From NCBI GenBank assembly GCA_965178125.1, contig OZ237767.1, forward strand, positions 620,001 through 684,000: 64,000 nt of DNA, given 5' to 3'. The position numbers were made by a program, and so were the translations under genes. The first letter of the stretch is position 1. Each line of letters starts with the position of its first letter. Under the pieces are notes generated by a model that ran no database searches, had not been told where the DNA came from, and was given only the letters and a program-made list of their open reading frames with translations. The stretch comes from Bilabrum cf. latius. Lineage: Eukaryota. Below, one piece after another: positions 35,301-46,835 of this stretch.

Positions 35301-38300
35301 TGGGCCGAGGAGCGGCGGGCCCTCGAGGCGGCGCACGCGCGTGCCATGGACCAGCTGCGCTCCGAGGCCGCCAAGGAGAAGGACGCGCTGTACGCGCAGA
35401 TGGTGCAGCGGGAGCAGACCGCCGCAGAGGAGCAGCGCAAGGCCATGCATGAGGCCTCGGCTCGCAACGAGGCGGCGCACCTCGCGGCCAGCAAGGAGCT
35501 GCGATCGGCCACGGAGCAGCTGGCGGCCGCCCGCGCCGACGCCGCCCGCGAGATCGAGGCGCTCAAGACGCAGCACGCAGAGGCGGTCGCGGAGCTGCAG
35601 GAGAAGAGGCGCAGGGAGCAGGTGGAGGCGGGGAGCCTGCTGTCGGAGGCGCACGCCAAGCTGCAGACGGTGCGCGACGAGGCGTTCGAGCGGGCTGCGG
35701 GGCAGCTGCGGGAGGCGAGGGAGGGGGCGGCCAAGCAGCTGCAGGAGGAGAGGCAGCGGGCCGAGGCGGAGGGGCGGCGGCTGCAGGACCAGCTGGAGAA
35801 GGAGCGGGCGGATCACCAGCACGCGCTGGCCCGACGCATGGACGAGCAGCTCAAGTCCACGGCGCAGTACGAGGCCGAGCTGAGGCGCAAGGACGCAGAG
35901 AGGGCCGAGGCGCTGCAGGGAGTCGAGCTCCGGGCCAAGCAGGAGGCAGAGGCGAGGCACAAGGACTTTGTGGAGCAGCTGAGCCGCCTGAGCGCAGACA
36001 AGGAGGCCACCGACTCGAAGTCCAAGTCCGCCGAGGCCGCTCTGCTGGTGCAGCAGGCCAGGCAGGACGCAGCCCGGGAGGAGAAGGCGAGGCTGGAGCC
36101 GCAGCTGGCCCGGCTGCAGGCCCAGCTCAAGGACGCCGAGGAGGCGCTGGCCAGGGCCCGGGACGAGGCCCGGCAGCAGCTCCTGGAGGCGATGCGGGAG
36201 GCGGAGAGGGAGAGGGACGAGCAGGTGCACCGGCTGCGGCAGGAGGCGGACTCGATGCGGGAGAGGCTCTCGGCGCAGCTGGAGCACGCCAAGGAGCAGG
36301 CCGCGCTGGACGTGGACAAGGCCCGCGAGGCCGCCAGCGAGCGGGTCAAGCAGGCCGAGGCGGACATGGCCGCCAAGGAGGAGGCGCTGCTGGCGCGGCA
36401 TCAGGCGCAGGTGGGCGAGCTCAAGTCGGACATGGCCCGCGCCCTGCAGGAGAGGGACGACATGCACAGGGCCAACCTGGACAGGCACTCGTCCACCGTG
36501 GAGACCGCCGTGTCGCAGGTCAGGAAGGCCGTGGCGGCCTCGTCGCCGAGGCACAGCGACCTGAGGAGCGCGCGGGAGCAGACGGCCCGGCTGGAGGCCG
36601 TGCTCGAGGCGAGCAGGGTCGAGCACGAGCGCGCCGTGGAGGCGGCGCAGCAGGCCGAGGCCAAGCAGGGAGCCCTGCAGGAACGCATTTCCCGGCTGGA
36701 GCTGGGGACAGCGGACCTGCGTCAGGCCATGGACAAGGCCACGAGGAGGCACGCCCAGGAGCTCGAGCAGACTGCCAAGAAGTACGCCGAGGACCGCGCC
36801 GCGCTGTCCGCGGCGCATCATGCGGAGCTTCGGACGGTCCGCGCGGAGCTGGACGAGACGCGGAAGAGGCTCGAGGCGGACCACCAGGCCAGGACGGCAG
36901 AGCTGTACCGGCAGTGGGAGGCCGAGAAGAAGTCCGCCATCGACAGCACCAAGAAGGACCAGTACAAGGTCCTCGCCGAGATCTAGCGCTCCAAGGAGCA
37001 GCGGCTGGCCGAGGCCGAGTCGGAGCGCAGCCGCGCCCTCAAGGCCGCAGAGGCCGAGAAGCGGGCCATCCTGGAGGAGAAGACCGCGGCTCAGCGCGCG
37101 CTCACGGCCACGCTGCAGGCGCTCAAGGGCGAGAAGGACGCCGTCATCCGGACGATGAGGGCCGAGCTGCAGGGCGAGAGGAACGCCCGCAAGGCCGCCG
37201 AGACGCAGCTCAAAGCCGTGGTGGCCTCGTGGGAGCAGCGCTTCCGCGAGCAGGACGACGATCTGAGGAGAGCCAGGGCGGACGGGAAGGACGCGACCAA
37301 GGAGGCGGTGCACGCCGAGAGGACAGCCGCGGCGGAGGCCCTAGCCCGCGCCCAGGAGCAGCATGAGGCCCGGCTGCAGGAGGCCAGCAGGGCACACCAG
37401 GATCGGCTGCAGAGCATGCGCGGAGATTCGCAGCAGCGCGTAGAGGCCCTCGAGGCCCAGTGGAAGGATCGGCTGGAAGGGGTCAAGAAGGATCATTTGG
37501 ACCAGCTGGAGCGGCTGTCAAGCGAGCACACCCGGAGGCTGCAAGAGGTGCGGGCCGAGGCGGAGCAGAGGGTGGAGACGGCGGAGCGGCGGGCCTCTGA
37601 GCAGGCGAGGGAACACAAGGATCGCGTGGAGCAGGACGCGCGGCTTGGCATCGCGGCGTGGCAGCAGCGCGTGGAGGACAGCACGGAGCAGCACGAGGAA
37701 ACCATGCAGAGCCTCCGGGAGGACGCCGAGAAACGGGTGACCCGCCTGCACGCCCAGCACGAGGCGGACATTGGGGCTCTCAAGGAGCAGCACACCCGGG
37801 CCATGGAGGAGCTCTCGGCGCAGCACGAGGACCACGTGAGGCAGGTGCGCCGGGAGAGCGAGGCCCTGGTGGCCACCAAGACGGAGCAGTCCGAGGCCAG
37901 GATCCGCGAGATCGAGGCGGACGCGCGGTCCATGGTGGAGGACGCGGAGAGGAGGGCGCAGAGCAACACGGAGAGGCTCCGCAAGCAGGCGGACGACAGG
38001 GAGGCGAGCGCGAGGGGCGAGGGGGATGCCGAGGTGACTAGGGTGCGGACGGACCTGGAGAAGCGGGTGCACGACCTCAAATCGACGCTGGGGGAGAGGG
38101 TGGAGGAGGCCCAGAGGATCGCGCTCGAGCAGCTGGAGCAGGAGCGCAAGCAGCACGAGGAGACGGTGGCCGAGATGGAGCGCGAGCACAGGGCCCGCTT
38201 CGGGCTGGCCAAGCAAGAGTTCCAGGAGGCGCTGGAGAGGCAGCGGCGCGACTTTGTGGACCGCGAGAAGGTGCTCGTGGAGCGCTGCGAGAGCCTAGAG

Positions 38301-39461
38301 AAGCAGCGACAGGCGGACCTGGACTCGGCCAAGGCCTCTTTCGACCGCATGATGGAAGCGGCCAAGCAGAGGGACGAGCGGGAACAGGCCCGCTTCCGCG
38401 AGAGGGAGGCATCGCTGCTGAAGCGGGTGGAGGAGCTGGAGGGCAAGATGACTGGCCTGGTGAGCTAGGCCAGGAGCAAGACGGCCGAGGCGACGGACGC
38501 CGTGGCGGAGCTGAAGCGGGTGCAGACCAAGACGGAGCAGAAGGAGAAGGAGCTCACGGAGGAGGTGGCCAGGCTCAAGGGGCTGCTGCGGTCCATGGCG
38601 GAGCAGGTGGACGACCTGCAGGACAGGGCCAACCAGTCGGTGGCCGCGGCGGCGGCTCAGTCCGTCGCGGTGGCGGAGAAGGCGAGCCTGACAGTGGCAG
38701 AGGAGAAGAGCGAGAAGGACAAGCTGAGGAGCATCACGGCGGACCTGCAGCAGGAGCTCGTGAGGGTCAAGCAGGAGCTCCGGCGGGAGCAGCTGCAGTG
38801 CGCGGACGTCGAGTCCCAGCTGGAGGGCATCCAGAGGAGGAACAGGAGGCTCAACTAGGAGTACAAGAGGGCCGTCGCGGAGCTTGCGCACAACCGGTAG
38901 ATCATGCAGGAAGCCATGCGCGCGTGCTCTGGCAACCGTGACCCAGGGGAGGCCGCCGAGATGCTCCGGCGGCAGCTCGGGCCCCTGGGCTCCATGCACA
39001 TGGGCGCCGGCGGCTCGTCGATGGGGCCGGCGGCAGGCGGGAGGGGGCCTCTCGCCCAGGCGCCCAACCCGCTGGCCGCCTCGGCGCCGGCGCTGTCCGG
39101 CAGAGGGGGGCTCGGTGCTCGTGGGGCAGGCGACGGCGAGAGCAAGGAAGTCGCAATGCGGGCGGCGGGGTTCTCCATGGCAGACAGCGGGCCCCGCATG
39201 GTGATTTCGTCCGATGGCGGCTCGAGGTCGCCGGGAGGGGGCAGCGGCAGCGTGAGGAGCGCGCAGCAGGAGGAGGCGTACGTGCAGGGTTACATGCAGG
39301 CCATGGTGGGCAGGGGGGCAGGCAGGCCCGAGCTGGCCCAGTTCTCGACAGCTCACACCCCGACTGCCGCGCTGGTGCACGGCCGCAGGGGATCGAGGGG
39401 AGGGGCTGGCTCGCCGGGCTTGTCCCCCTACTCTGGTAGGAAGAAGCCCGTGTTCAAGTGA
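29384..39461 (+). CDS. Giant coiled-coil protein (~3300 aa, E/A/R/Q/L-rich)
   Basis: ATG 29384, intron 29561-29651, then one frame to TGA 39459. TAGs at 29450, 33678, 33705, 36984, 38466, 38856 and 38898 join ORFs 29658-33680, 33747-36986, 37155-38468, 38502-38858 and 38904-39461. Helical, proline-poor composition over most of its length. Confidence 0.85.
29561..29651 (+). other. Spliceosomal intron (91 nt, phase 0)
   Basis: GTGAGC...gccgcAG, AT-rich; joins ISELK|IDVERT. Confidence 0.8.
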
Positions 39462-39621
39462 TCCGCTGCTGATGAATCTAATGAAAATGACTGAATGTGA
39501 ATATGATATTGTGGCCATATCCAAGATATATCCATCAAGTACACACGTGGTATGGCTTGGCAGTGCCACTAGAGCGGCCCTCCATGGGACGCAAGTAGCC
39601 GCAGACCTTCCATCGCATCCC

Positions 39622-42075
39622 TCACTTGTACCAGTTGTACCACCGCTTCATGGCGGCCAGTGTGAGTGGCTTGCCCTGGGGTGAGAAGCTGTAGTCCGTG
39701 AGTCCCCCCGCGGTGGGGTCTGATCTCCAGAGCCACCAGTTGACCCCCATGAACCACGGCTTGGGGTAAAGCGCCCTGAAGAGGGCCTCGTATGCGTTGG
39801 CCTGCGTCTCCTGCACGGCGCACCTTGGGGTCACGCTGCAATCATTTACGTCTGACGCATTGGAGGAGGCCGGGTGCAGCACCGTGCCCAGCCTGGTCTG
39901 GTAACCCACCTCCGTGAACATGACGGGCTTGGGTAGTCGCGCCAGCTTATCCACTATGGTTTGCCATGCCTGGACCAGGTTTTCCACGCTGGGGTCCTCC
40001 CCCTGCGCATGGAGAGAGTAGTACCCCTCGCACCCGATGAAGTCGATGTGAGGCACAATCGGCGGCAGGGTCTCTTTCACGCACAGGTAGCCCCCCAGAG
40101 CGGCGGTGATCTGACCCGAGAATACCTGCCTCACCTCGCCCACGAGCCCCTTCCAATCGGCATCGGGGCTGTTGAACGCAGTGGACAGCTCAGACCCGAT
40201 CGAGAACATGTCGCAGCCCGCCTGCTCCGCGATCTTGGCGTGCTCCAGCACAAAGTAACCGTAGGAGCCCTCCGTACTCGTGTTGAACCAGTCCGTCCAG
40301 CCCTGCGCGTCCAGCAGGTGGCCGAACTCGCCCCGGCCCTGCTTCACCGGAGTCCCCGGGATCTTCCCGCAGCTGGGTCCCCGGCAAACATCGGGCGAGT
40401 CGAAGTTGGGGTCGATGTAGGGGGCCAGGTGGCACTTGATGCCGAGCTCGCGGGCCTTCTGAGCAAACGTGACGATCTCGGGGCCCGTGGCGCTGCGTAG
40501 AGGTGAGGTGCCGTTGCCAGGCCAAATGTAGGTGGCATCGACATCGTCCCCGAACCAGTTGGTGATGATGCGCACGTAGTTTGCCCCCGTGTCGGCGAGG
40601 TCCTGGAGGCTGGCAAGCGAGCCTGCCGAGTCCAGGCGGTACTCGGGGCTGGACCACATGCCCGAGCCGAATACGGCGCTGTTGACCTTGGTCTGGTTCG
40701 CGGTCGGCGCCATGGAGGCGGCGGTGGCTGCATGCCGCAAGCTAGTGGTCGGTGCATCGTGCTGCCACCCCTTCTCAGCCTTCTTGTCGTCGGCTTCATC
40801 CAGGATGCCAAGGGCCAGCTGCGTGGGCGAGACCATGCCGCCGTCGGACGACTCAGTGGGCACGTGCCCGCCCCACGCCTTGGCAAGCACCTGCTCTGCC
40901 GGTTTGCCCACAAACTGGAACGAATCGTCCGAGGTGCCCCCGCCCGTGGGATCCGCCCGCAGGATCCACCACGCCACCCCCTGCCACCACCCTCCCTGGT
41001 CCACAGAGTGCTCCGCCGTCACCTCCAGCAGGGCCTGGTACATGCGCTCCTGCACCTGCAGGTTCACGCTCCTCTCCCAGCAGGAACCATCCGTGGGATC
41101 CAGCACCAGCACGCCCGGTGGGTTGTTCCAGACGCCCCACCTGGACTAGTAGCCCACCTCGCAGAACAGGAGCGGCTTGTTCCCTGCCCTCTTGGAAGCG
41201 TCCTGCAGCTGCTGCACCACAGGGGCCCAGCCGTCCTTGAACTACTGGACCGAGGGAACAGTGAAGTTGTCCGGCCAGTAGGTCTGCTGCCCGGGGACCC
41301 CGATGTCCAGCGGAAAGTACGCGTCGACTCCGATCTGGTCCAGCGCATCGAGCCACTGGATGGTGGGCCCGGGCCCAGTGATAGAGGTCGTGATGGCGGC
41401 GTATGTCAGGATGGCGCCGGGGACTTGCTGCCTGATCCAGGTGCACAGGTCTCGCCAGTGCGTCTGGTCGGCTCGCGTGGCTGCGGTCTGCAGCTCTGCG
41501 CCGATCGAGACCACAGGGTTGGCAACGCCGGAGGACCGGGCGGTCGCCAGGTACGGTGCGAGGAATGCCCGGTAGCTGCTGAAGAACGTGTCCCAGTCCT
41601 AGCTGCTGAAAGACTCTCCTAGCATCAGCCGGCTCACGAAGTGCTGCTTGCTGCAGCCCGTGCCTCTGCAGTTCGACTCAAGACGCCAGTCAGGATCGAT
41701 CACGGGCGAGAGGATCACCGAGAGACCAAGAGAGCGGGCGATGCCCGTGATCGTCGCAATCTGCGACGGCGTTGTGCTGCGGTACGGCCCAGAGTCTATC
41801 GAAAAGACCAACGGGCTGCTTGCATTCGCAAAATAGCCAGTTGGAACGAGGCGGACAGTGTTGCCTCCAATCGCTTTCAGGCGCCGCAACGCCCACTCTG
41901 CTGCATCTGTTGAGCTCTAATTAATAGTTGGTCCAAGATAAGCCCATTCACCGAGTCCAAGCACGGCTGCTCTAATCTCTTTCGTATTGGCTGCTTGCGC
42001 GTCACTGGATCGGACGCGCGCAACTGCGACCACTAATAGCAATAATAGCAAGGCTACGGTTTGTACTGGCAGCAT
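39622..42075 (-). CDS. Secreted glycoside hydrolase with two tandem GH113-like (beta-mannanase-type, clan GH-A) TIM-barrel domains
   Basis: Signal peptide MLPVQTVALLLLLLVVAVA. Domain 1: GGNTVRL, GLSVILSPVID, SIGAEL, DQIGVDAYFPL, KPLLFCEVGY*S, GVAWW. Domain 2: GANYVRI, GIKCHLAPYID, SIGSEL, DFIGCEGYYSL, KPVMFTEVGYQT, QANAYEAL, GVNWW. TAGs at 41917, 41599, 41242 and 41146; ends at TGA. Confidence 0.82.
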
Positions 42076-42239
42076 GTACGGCGCGTCACTTGCGTAGAAT
42101 TGAGGCTAAATCCCTCGATAGGGTGCGTACGCTCGCAGAAAAGTGGTCCGTTAGCAAGTTGCTGGGCATCGTTGTGCGCGATGGCAAAATGTGACGATTT
42201 CATGCCGTTTGGGCACATTGTTGGTGCCACACGAAAGAA

Positions 42240-45200
42240 ATGGCGGCCGCCGGACGCTATAGCTCCCGCCGGTCGCACCGACCTACTGGTAGGCCAGTGT
42301 CGAGATCGCGGCAGCGAGCGGATAGCGCAGAATCGGACCGAAGATAGCGCGACAAAGAGATTCGGCGGGCCGCTAGCAGGCGGCGGCAGCGGAAGCAAGA
42401 GCAAGAGGATCGAGAAAGGCAAGCCCAATAGCAGAACCGAGAAGCAATTTTGCGCGAGAGGAAAGCTGCTGCGAAAGAACAGGCCCAGCGAGTTCGCAAG
42501 CAGCTGCGGCAGGCAAAGAAGGATGCTGCCAAGCGTGGAATAGTGCGCGAGGACTGGCAAATGCACGTCGCGAGTGCTCCTATCCATACCGATACAATAG
42601 ACCATAATACAAATGAAGACTTTGAAGCAAATAGTAGTGACCTGAAGAAACTGCGGAATGCTCGAAAACTCGACGGCGAGCAACTGAGGGGCATGCTCCA
42701 GACTGAAGTTGAGGGCCATTCCGCTGGGGGACCGTACAGGAAGGACGAAGGAGCCCATGCCCGATAGATCCCTTCTTCTGGGTTGCATTTTGCTGCTGTT
42801 GGTCGACCGAATGGACCTGGAGTGGCGGGACTCGACAGCACGCTGCCCTTCCACGAGACGATCGGGCGAGACGCCGCGCCACCGGCAGCTGCACCTGTGG
42901 CCTCGCTCGGACCAAGCAGCGGTATTGGGCTCGAAAAGACGCTACCTTTCCATAAAACCAGCTCGCGTTCGCCAGTAGCAATTCCACCGTCTTTGCCAGG
43001 TGCCGAGGGCGCGGGCCAGGCTGCGGGGCCACAGGTGAGGAGGGTGCGAGTGGGGGCCCCTTCCGCAGGCAGCACCAGGAAATCAGCCGAAAGCAGCCTC
43101 TCAGGTGAAAGTTAGAAATCTGGCAGTGCAGATCTGGGCCAATCAGCCCCGCGGGCTATTGATTTGTCCCTGAGTGGTAGCACAAATCGCACTCACAATG
43201 ACAGAGTGCCGGAGGCTGCGTCTTAGTCGTCAGGAAACGATTTCCACGGCAAGACTGACCTGCCTACTGCTCCGGATGATCCCCTGGGCACGATTCACGA
43301 ACGTTCCTTGGAGCGGTCTCGTGCCTCCATGCCATCCGGTCGCATTGGGGGGAGGCCCCCCGAAGGCATCGATACCTACAAGCCAGCTCGCAGCCCGAGC
43401 GAGGCCTTGGCTGGGGGGAGGCCAAGCAGCAGGCCTGGCAGTGAGGATGGGACTGGTGTGCACCAGGTGCGGCAAGCAGTGGATCTGCCGGGGCCCCGAT
43501 ACGGCATGGGGGGACAGGGGCAGAACGACAGGTACCGGGACAGTGGCAGGCCTCGAGGAGGGAACACGCACGCGATGGGGCCGTGCGCCGAGTCGAGGAG
43601 GGGAGAAAGGATATTGGAGAGCGGGGTCGATCATAAACAGCCACCACACGAAGACCTCGATGACTCGCTGTCGCTCTCCCTATCCATTTCGTTCGATGCT
43701 GGCAACGCCCGTGTCAAGCGGAAACGCAGCGTCGATGGCCAACCACCACGCAGCAGCGAGAAATCTAAGCCCGGCGAGGCCAGTGGAAACAAGCTGCCGT
43801 CACACGAAGCCCCCACTGACGGCCCCGTTCGGATGGAGATCGGCCGAGCCGGCGCCGGTGGAGCCCCTCCCAGCGACAGCAAGCGAGGCATAGTTGCGGC
43901 AGGGGAGGCTGCGCAGCCTAGCGTAGGCAGCTCGATCGCAGGCCGCTTGAGAGACTCGGAGATATTCGGGTCTGTGGATGTGAGCAACAGATATCAGCAA
44001 GATGTCATCGACACGTAGCATGGTGGCAATGGAGGCTAGCAAACGAGCGCGGGTGCAGGTGACGTCAGGAAGCAGCGCGGCGTGGTGGCTGAGCCAGCTG
44101 ACCTCATGGGGCTGTTTGAGCACCTGCCAGAGGACGAGGACCAGGAGAGCAGCGTGTCTGGGTCTTTTGGCTTTCTCAAGGCTGGTGACACCAAAGGGTT
44201 GCCCGACGGCCGCTTGCTCGCAAGAGACGAACCAGCGGGTGCTGAAAGCGCTGTGCTAGGCAGGCGTAGACCTGACCACAGAGGGTCTGTGGGGCAAGCC
44301 AATCGCTCAGTGTCACCCATGGTCACTTCCGCTTCCTCGCGGAGCAAGCAGGAGGCACTGACTGCAGCAGATCGAATCAAGGCCAGGGTGGCACAGCGGC
44401 AGCAGGCGCAATCAGCTGGGACACAGGGTCTGAGCGGGGATACCCGCGGGCCGGTTGACCTGTTGAGGCATCCTGGGCGCCCGAGGCCGCCTACTGCCAA
44501 CCAGTTTGCCTCCAGATCTGGGTCGCGGAGTCGGTTCGAAGCACCGATGGAGAGCGGGCCGCTGCGGGCTGTGCGGAGGGCGGTTGAGGGGTCCTCGAGG
44601 GTTGGCCGATCGGATGGGGATGGGGAGATGGAATTGGAAAGCGTGCGGTCAGGGACGCGGGCCTCGACTCGGTATGCTGGCAGCGTGCGGTCAGGCAGAT
44701 CGAGGGGCTCTCGGCGCGGGGGAGGAGGAGGAGGGGTAGCAAGCAGCAGCCAGTACTCAAGAGGCAGGCAGCACGCGGGAGCAGGTTCTCAACGCGAAGG
44801 AAATGGAAGCAGTGCAGGGGTGAGCCAACGACCCAAGGGTCACAGCCAGCGAGCATGGGGCAGCGATCGAGGGAGAAGTGAGACTGGCTCTTCGCGCAGC
44901 CGGGGCATCGGGTCTGGCAGCAATCACAAAGGGGCTGGGCCCACTCGCCGGGCAGCTGGTGCCTCGAGAAGCTCCCGCGGCTCGTCAAGCAGTCGCAGTA
45001 GCCGTTAGCCCAGGAGGCCTGGCGGTGACGAGGACCGTCCAGCATGGGGCAAGGGGGAGTAGCAGGAGCGGCGCATCGCCGAGCTGCAGGAGGCGAGACG
45101 CCGGCAGCGCACGTACGGGCAGCAGGTGCTGCACCAGCAGAGGCTGCGCGCCGTGGTGGCAGCCGAAAAAGCAGCGAAGTCCAGCGAGAGCCCTGAAGTG

Positions 45201-46763
45201 GGGACCCCCCGCGTCGAAGCTCGTGCCGCAGGGTCAGCCACCGACGACCATTCGATATCCCAGCAGCGCGATGTGCAAAGAAAGCCGGACGGTCGAGCTG
45301 GCAGTACCTCTCGGGTGGCTGCGGGTTCATCGGCCCAGGACGAGGTGGACTCGAGCGATGAGGAGTACTACCTCAGAGACGAATTCATCGGCTAGAGCAA
45401 GCGGGCGGGAGGGCGCGACGGCGCGGCCTTGAAGGCAGCGCGAGACGGTATGGGAGCAGGCGCGGACTTGCATGCTCGCGACGGCTGGGGCGCTGGCTGG
45501 TTGGACAAGCAAGCCAGAGACAAAGCAGCAGCAGAGTCCGGCAGTGGAAGTGAGAACGTCCTGTCGACCACGCTGCAGGAGGAGCGCTTGCGTGCCAGCA
45601 TCGAGCGACTGGAGGTGCAGTTGCAGCGGCGGAAGCATGCTGACGGGCAGGCGAGATCAGACCAGCATGGGCAGGCAAACGAACAAGGATACGCGTCGGG
45701 TTCCGGCGGCGGCGGCAGGCAGGGTGTGCGAGACTCAGCACTTGCCCTTGCAGTGCGTAGGACCAGGAATATCTTGGAGCGGGGCGCTGCTGGTGCTCTT
45801 GGCGTAGGCATGGGGATGGGGATGGGTAACCATCCAGGCCGATTGCAGCAAGACAGTAGGTCGGCAGTAGCACGTGGAACTGATCATCCTGCTGGGTAGT
45901 CCCTTGACAAGGACCCACGCTCCAGCCGCGGCGGCATGGTCCCTGCCCCTGTGCACCAGCGAGCTGCAGAGGCTGCGAGGGGCCTGGCATTGCCATCGGA
46001 GCGAGAGAGGGCAGCGCAAGCGGAGCATTAGGCGCAGCAAAGAGCGTTGGAAGAGGACAGGCTGCGCCAGGAACTGCAGAAACAGAGAGAACAGGTGCGG
46101 CGACTGCAGGAGTAGCAGGCCAGACAAGCTGCCGAGCTCGAGGCGGCCAGGAAGGCGGCAGAGGAGGCTCGGCTTGAGGCCAAGGCGGCCCCGCGGCGCA
46201 TGTGGCAGGCTGCGCGTCCGACCGGGCGGCCAGCGTCTGCGCAACCGAAGAGGCAGATAGGTGAGGGGCGGTCGGCGCTGCTGCGAGGAGGAGCAGCCTT
46301 CTTGCCACTACCCTCCGAGCGGGAGAGGGCGGTGCATGGCCAAAGCAGCGGCTTTCACAGCGCGAGGAGAGCAGACTCGCTGCCCAAGAGGACTAACCCC
46401 TCAGGCATGCCCCCGGACCAGTCGCTTGCCCACGCTCTGGCTAGTCGACCCAGTGAGGCGCGCACGGGCTACAGCGGAGTTACTCACGATCGGGAGACGA
46501 ACCATGATAGTGGTAGTGCAAGGTTGGCTGCCGAGCCCCAGCCTGCGCCTCAAGTGCGCCGTGTGAGAGTGGCACGCAGGCGCCCTGGCAGCTTGCGCCC
46601 GGGAGGACCGTCGCCCTCCAGCGGGCTCAACAGAGAGTAGGCGGCAGGCAACAACTCTCGTCCAAGCAGTGCGGTCGGATCCACGAGCGCTTGGCGTGCC
46701 GACCAACCGGTATCTGGAAAGGTCCTGCGCTCCTCCAGAGCGATGCGCATGTTGTTTTAGTGA
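42240..46763 (+). CDS. Hypothetical low-complexity/disordered protein with short coiled-coil patches (~1500 aa)
   Basis: One frame from ATG 42240 to TGA 46761, interrupted only by 15 TAGs (42345, 42429, 42765, 43113, 43224, 44016, 44037, 45006, 45060, 45393, 45897, 46029, 46113, 46638, 46758). It links seven same-frame ORFs of the track. Confidence 0.75.
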
Positions 46764-46835
46764 CTTTCGGAGGTTTAAATGAAAGATAATAAACTATTCA
46801 TTCAAAGGACCCAACCTAATCCGATGCCATGCGGC

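Noticed and set aside
29640-39569. Long antisense ORFs (e.g. 29640-31430, 35280-37313) and similar shadows over dynein, CLC and RSL1D1
   Set aside because: Leu- or Ser-rich mirror frames expected from GC-rich, biased codon usage on the real coding strand.
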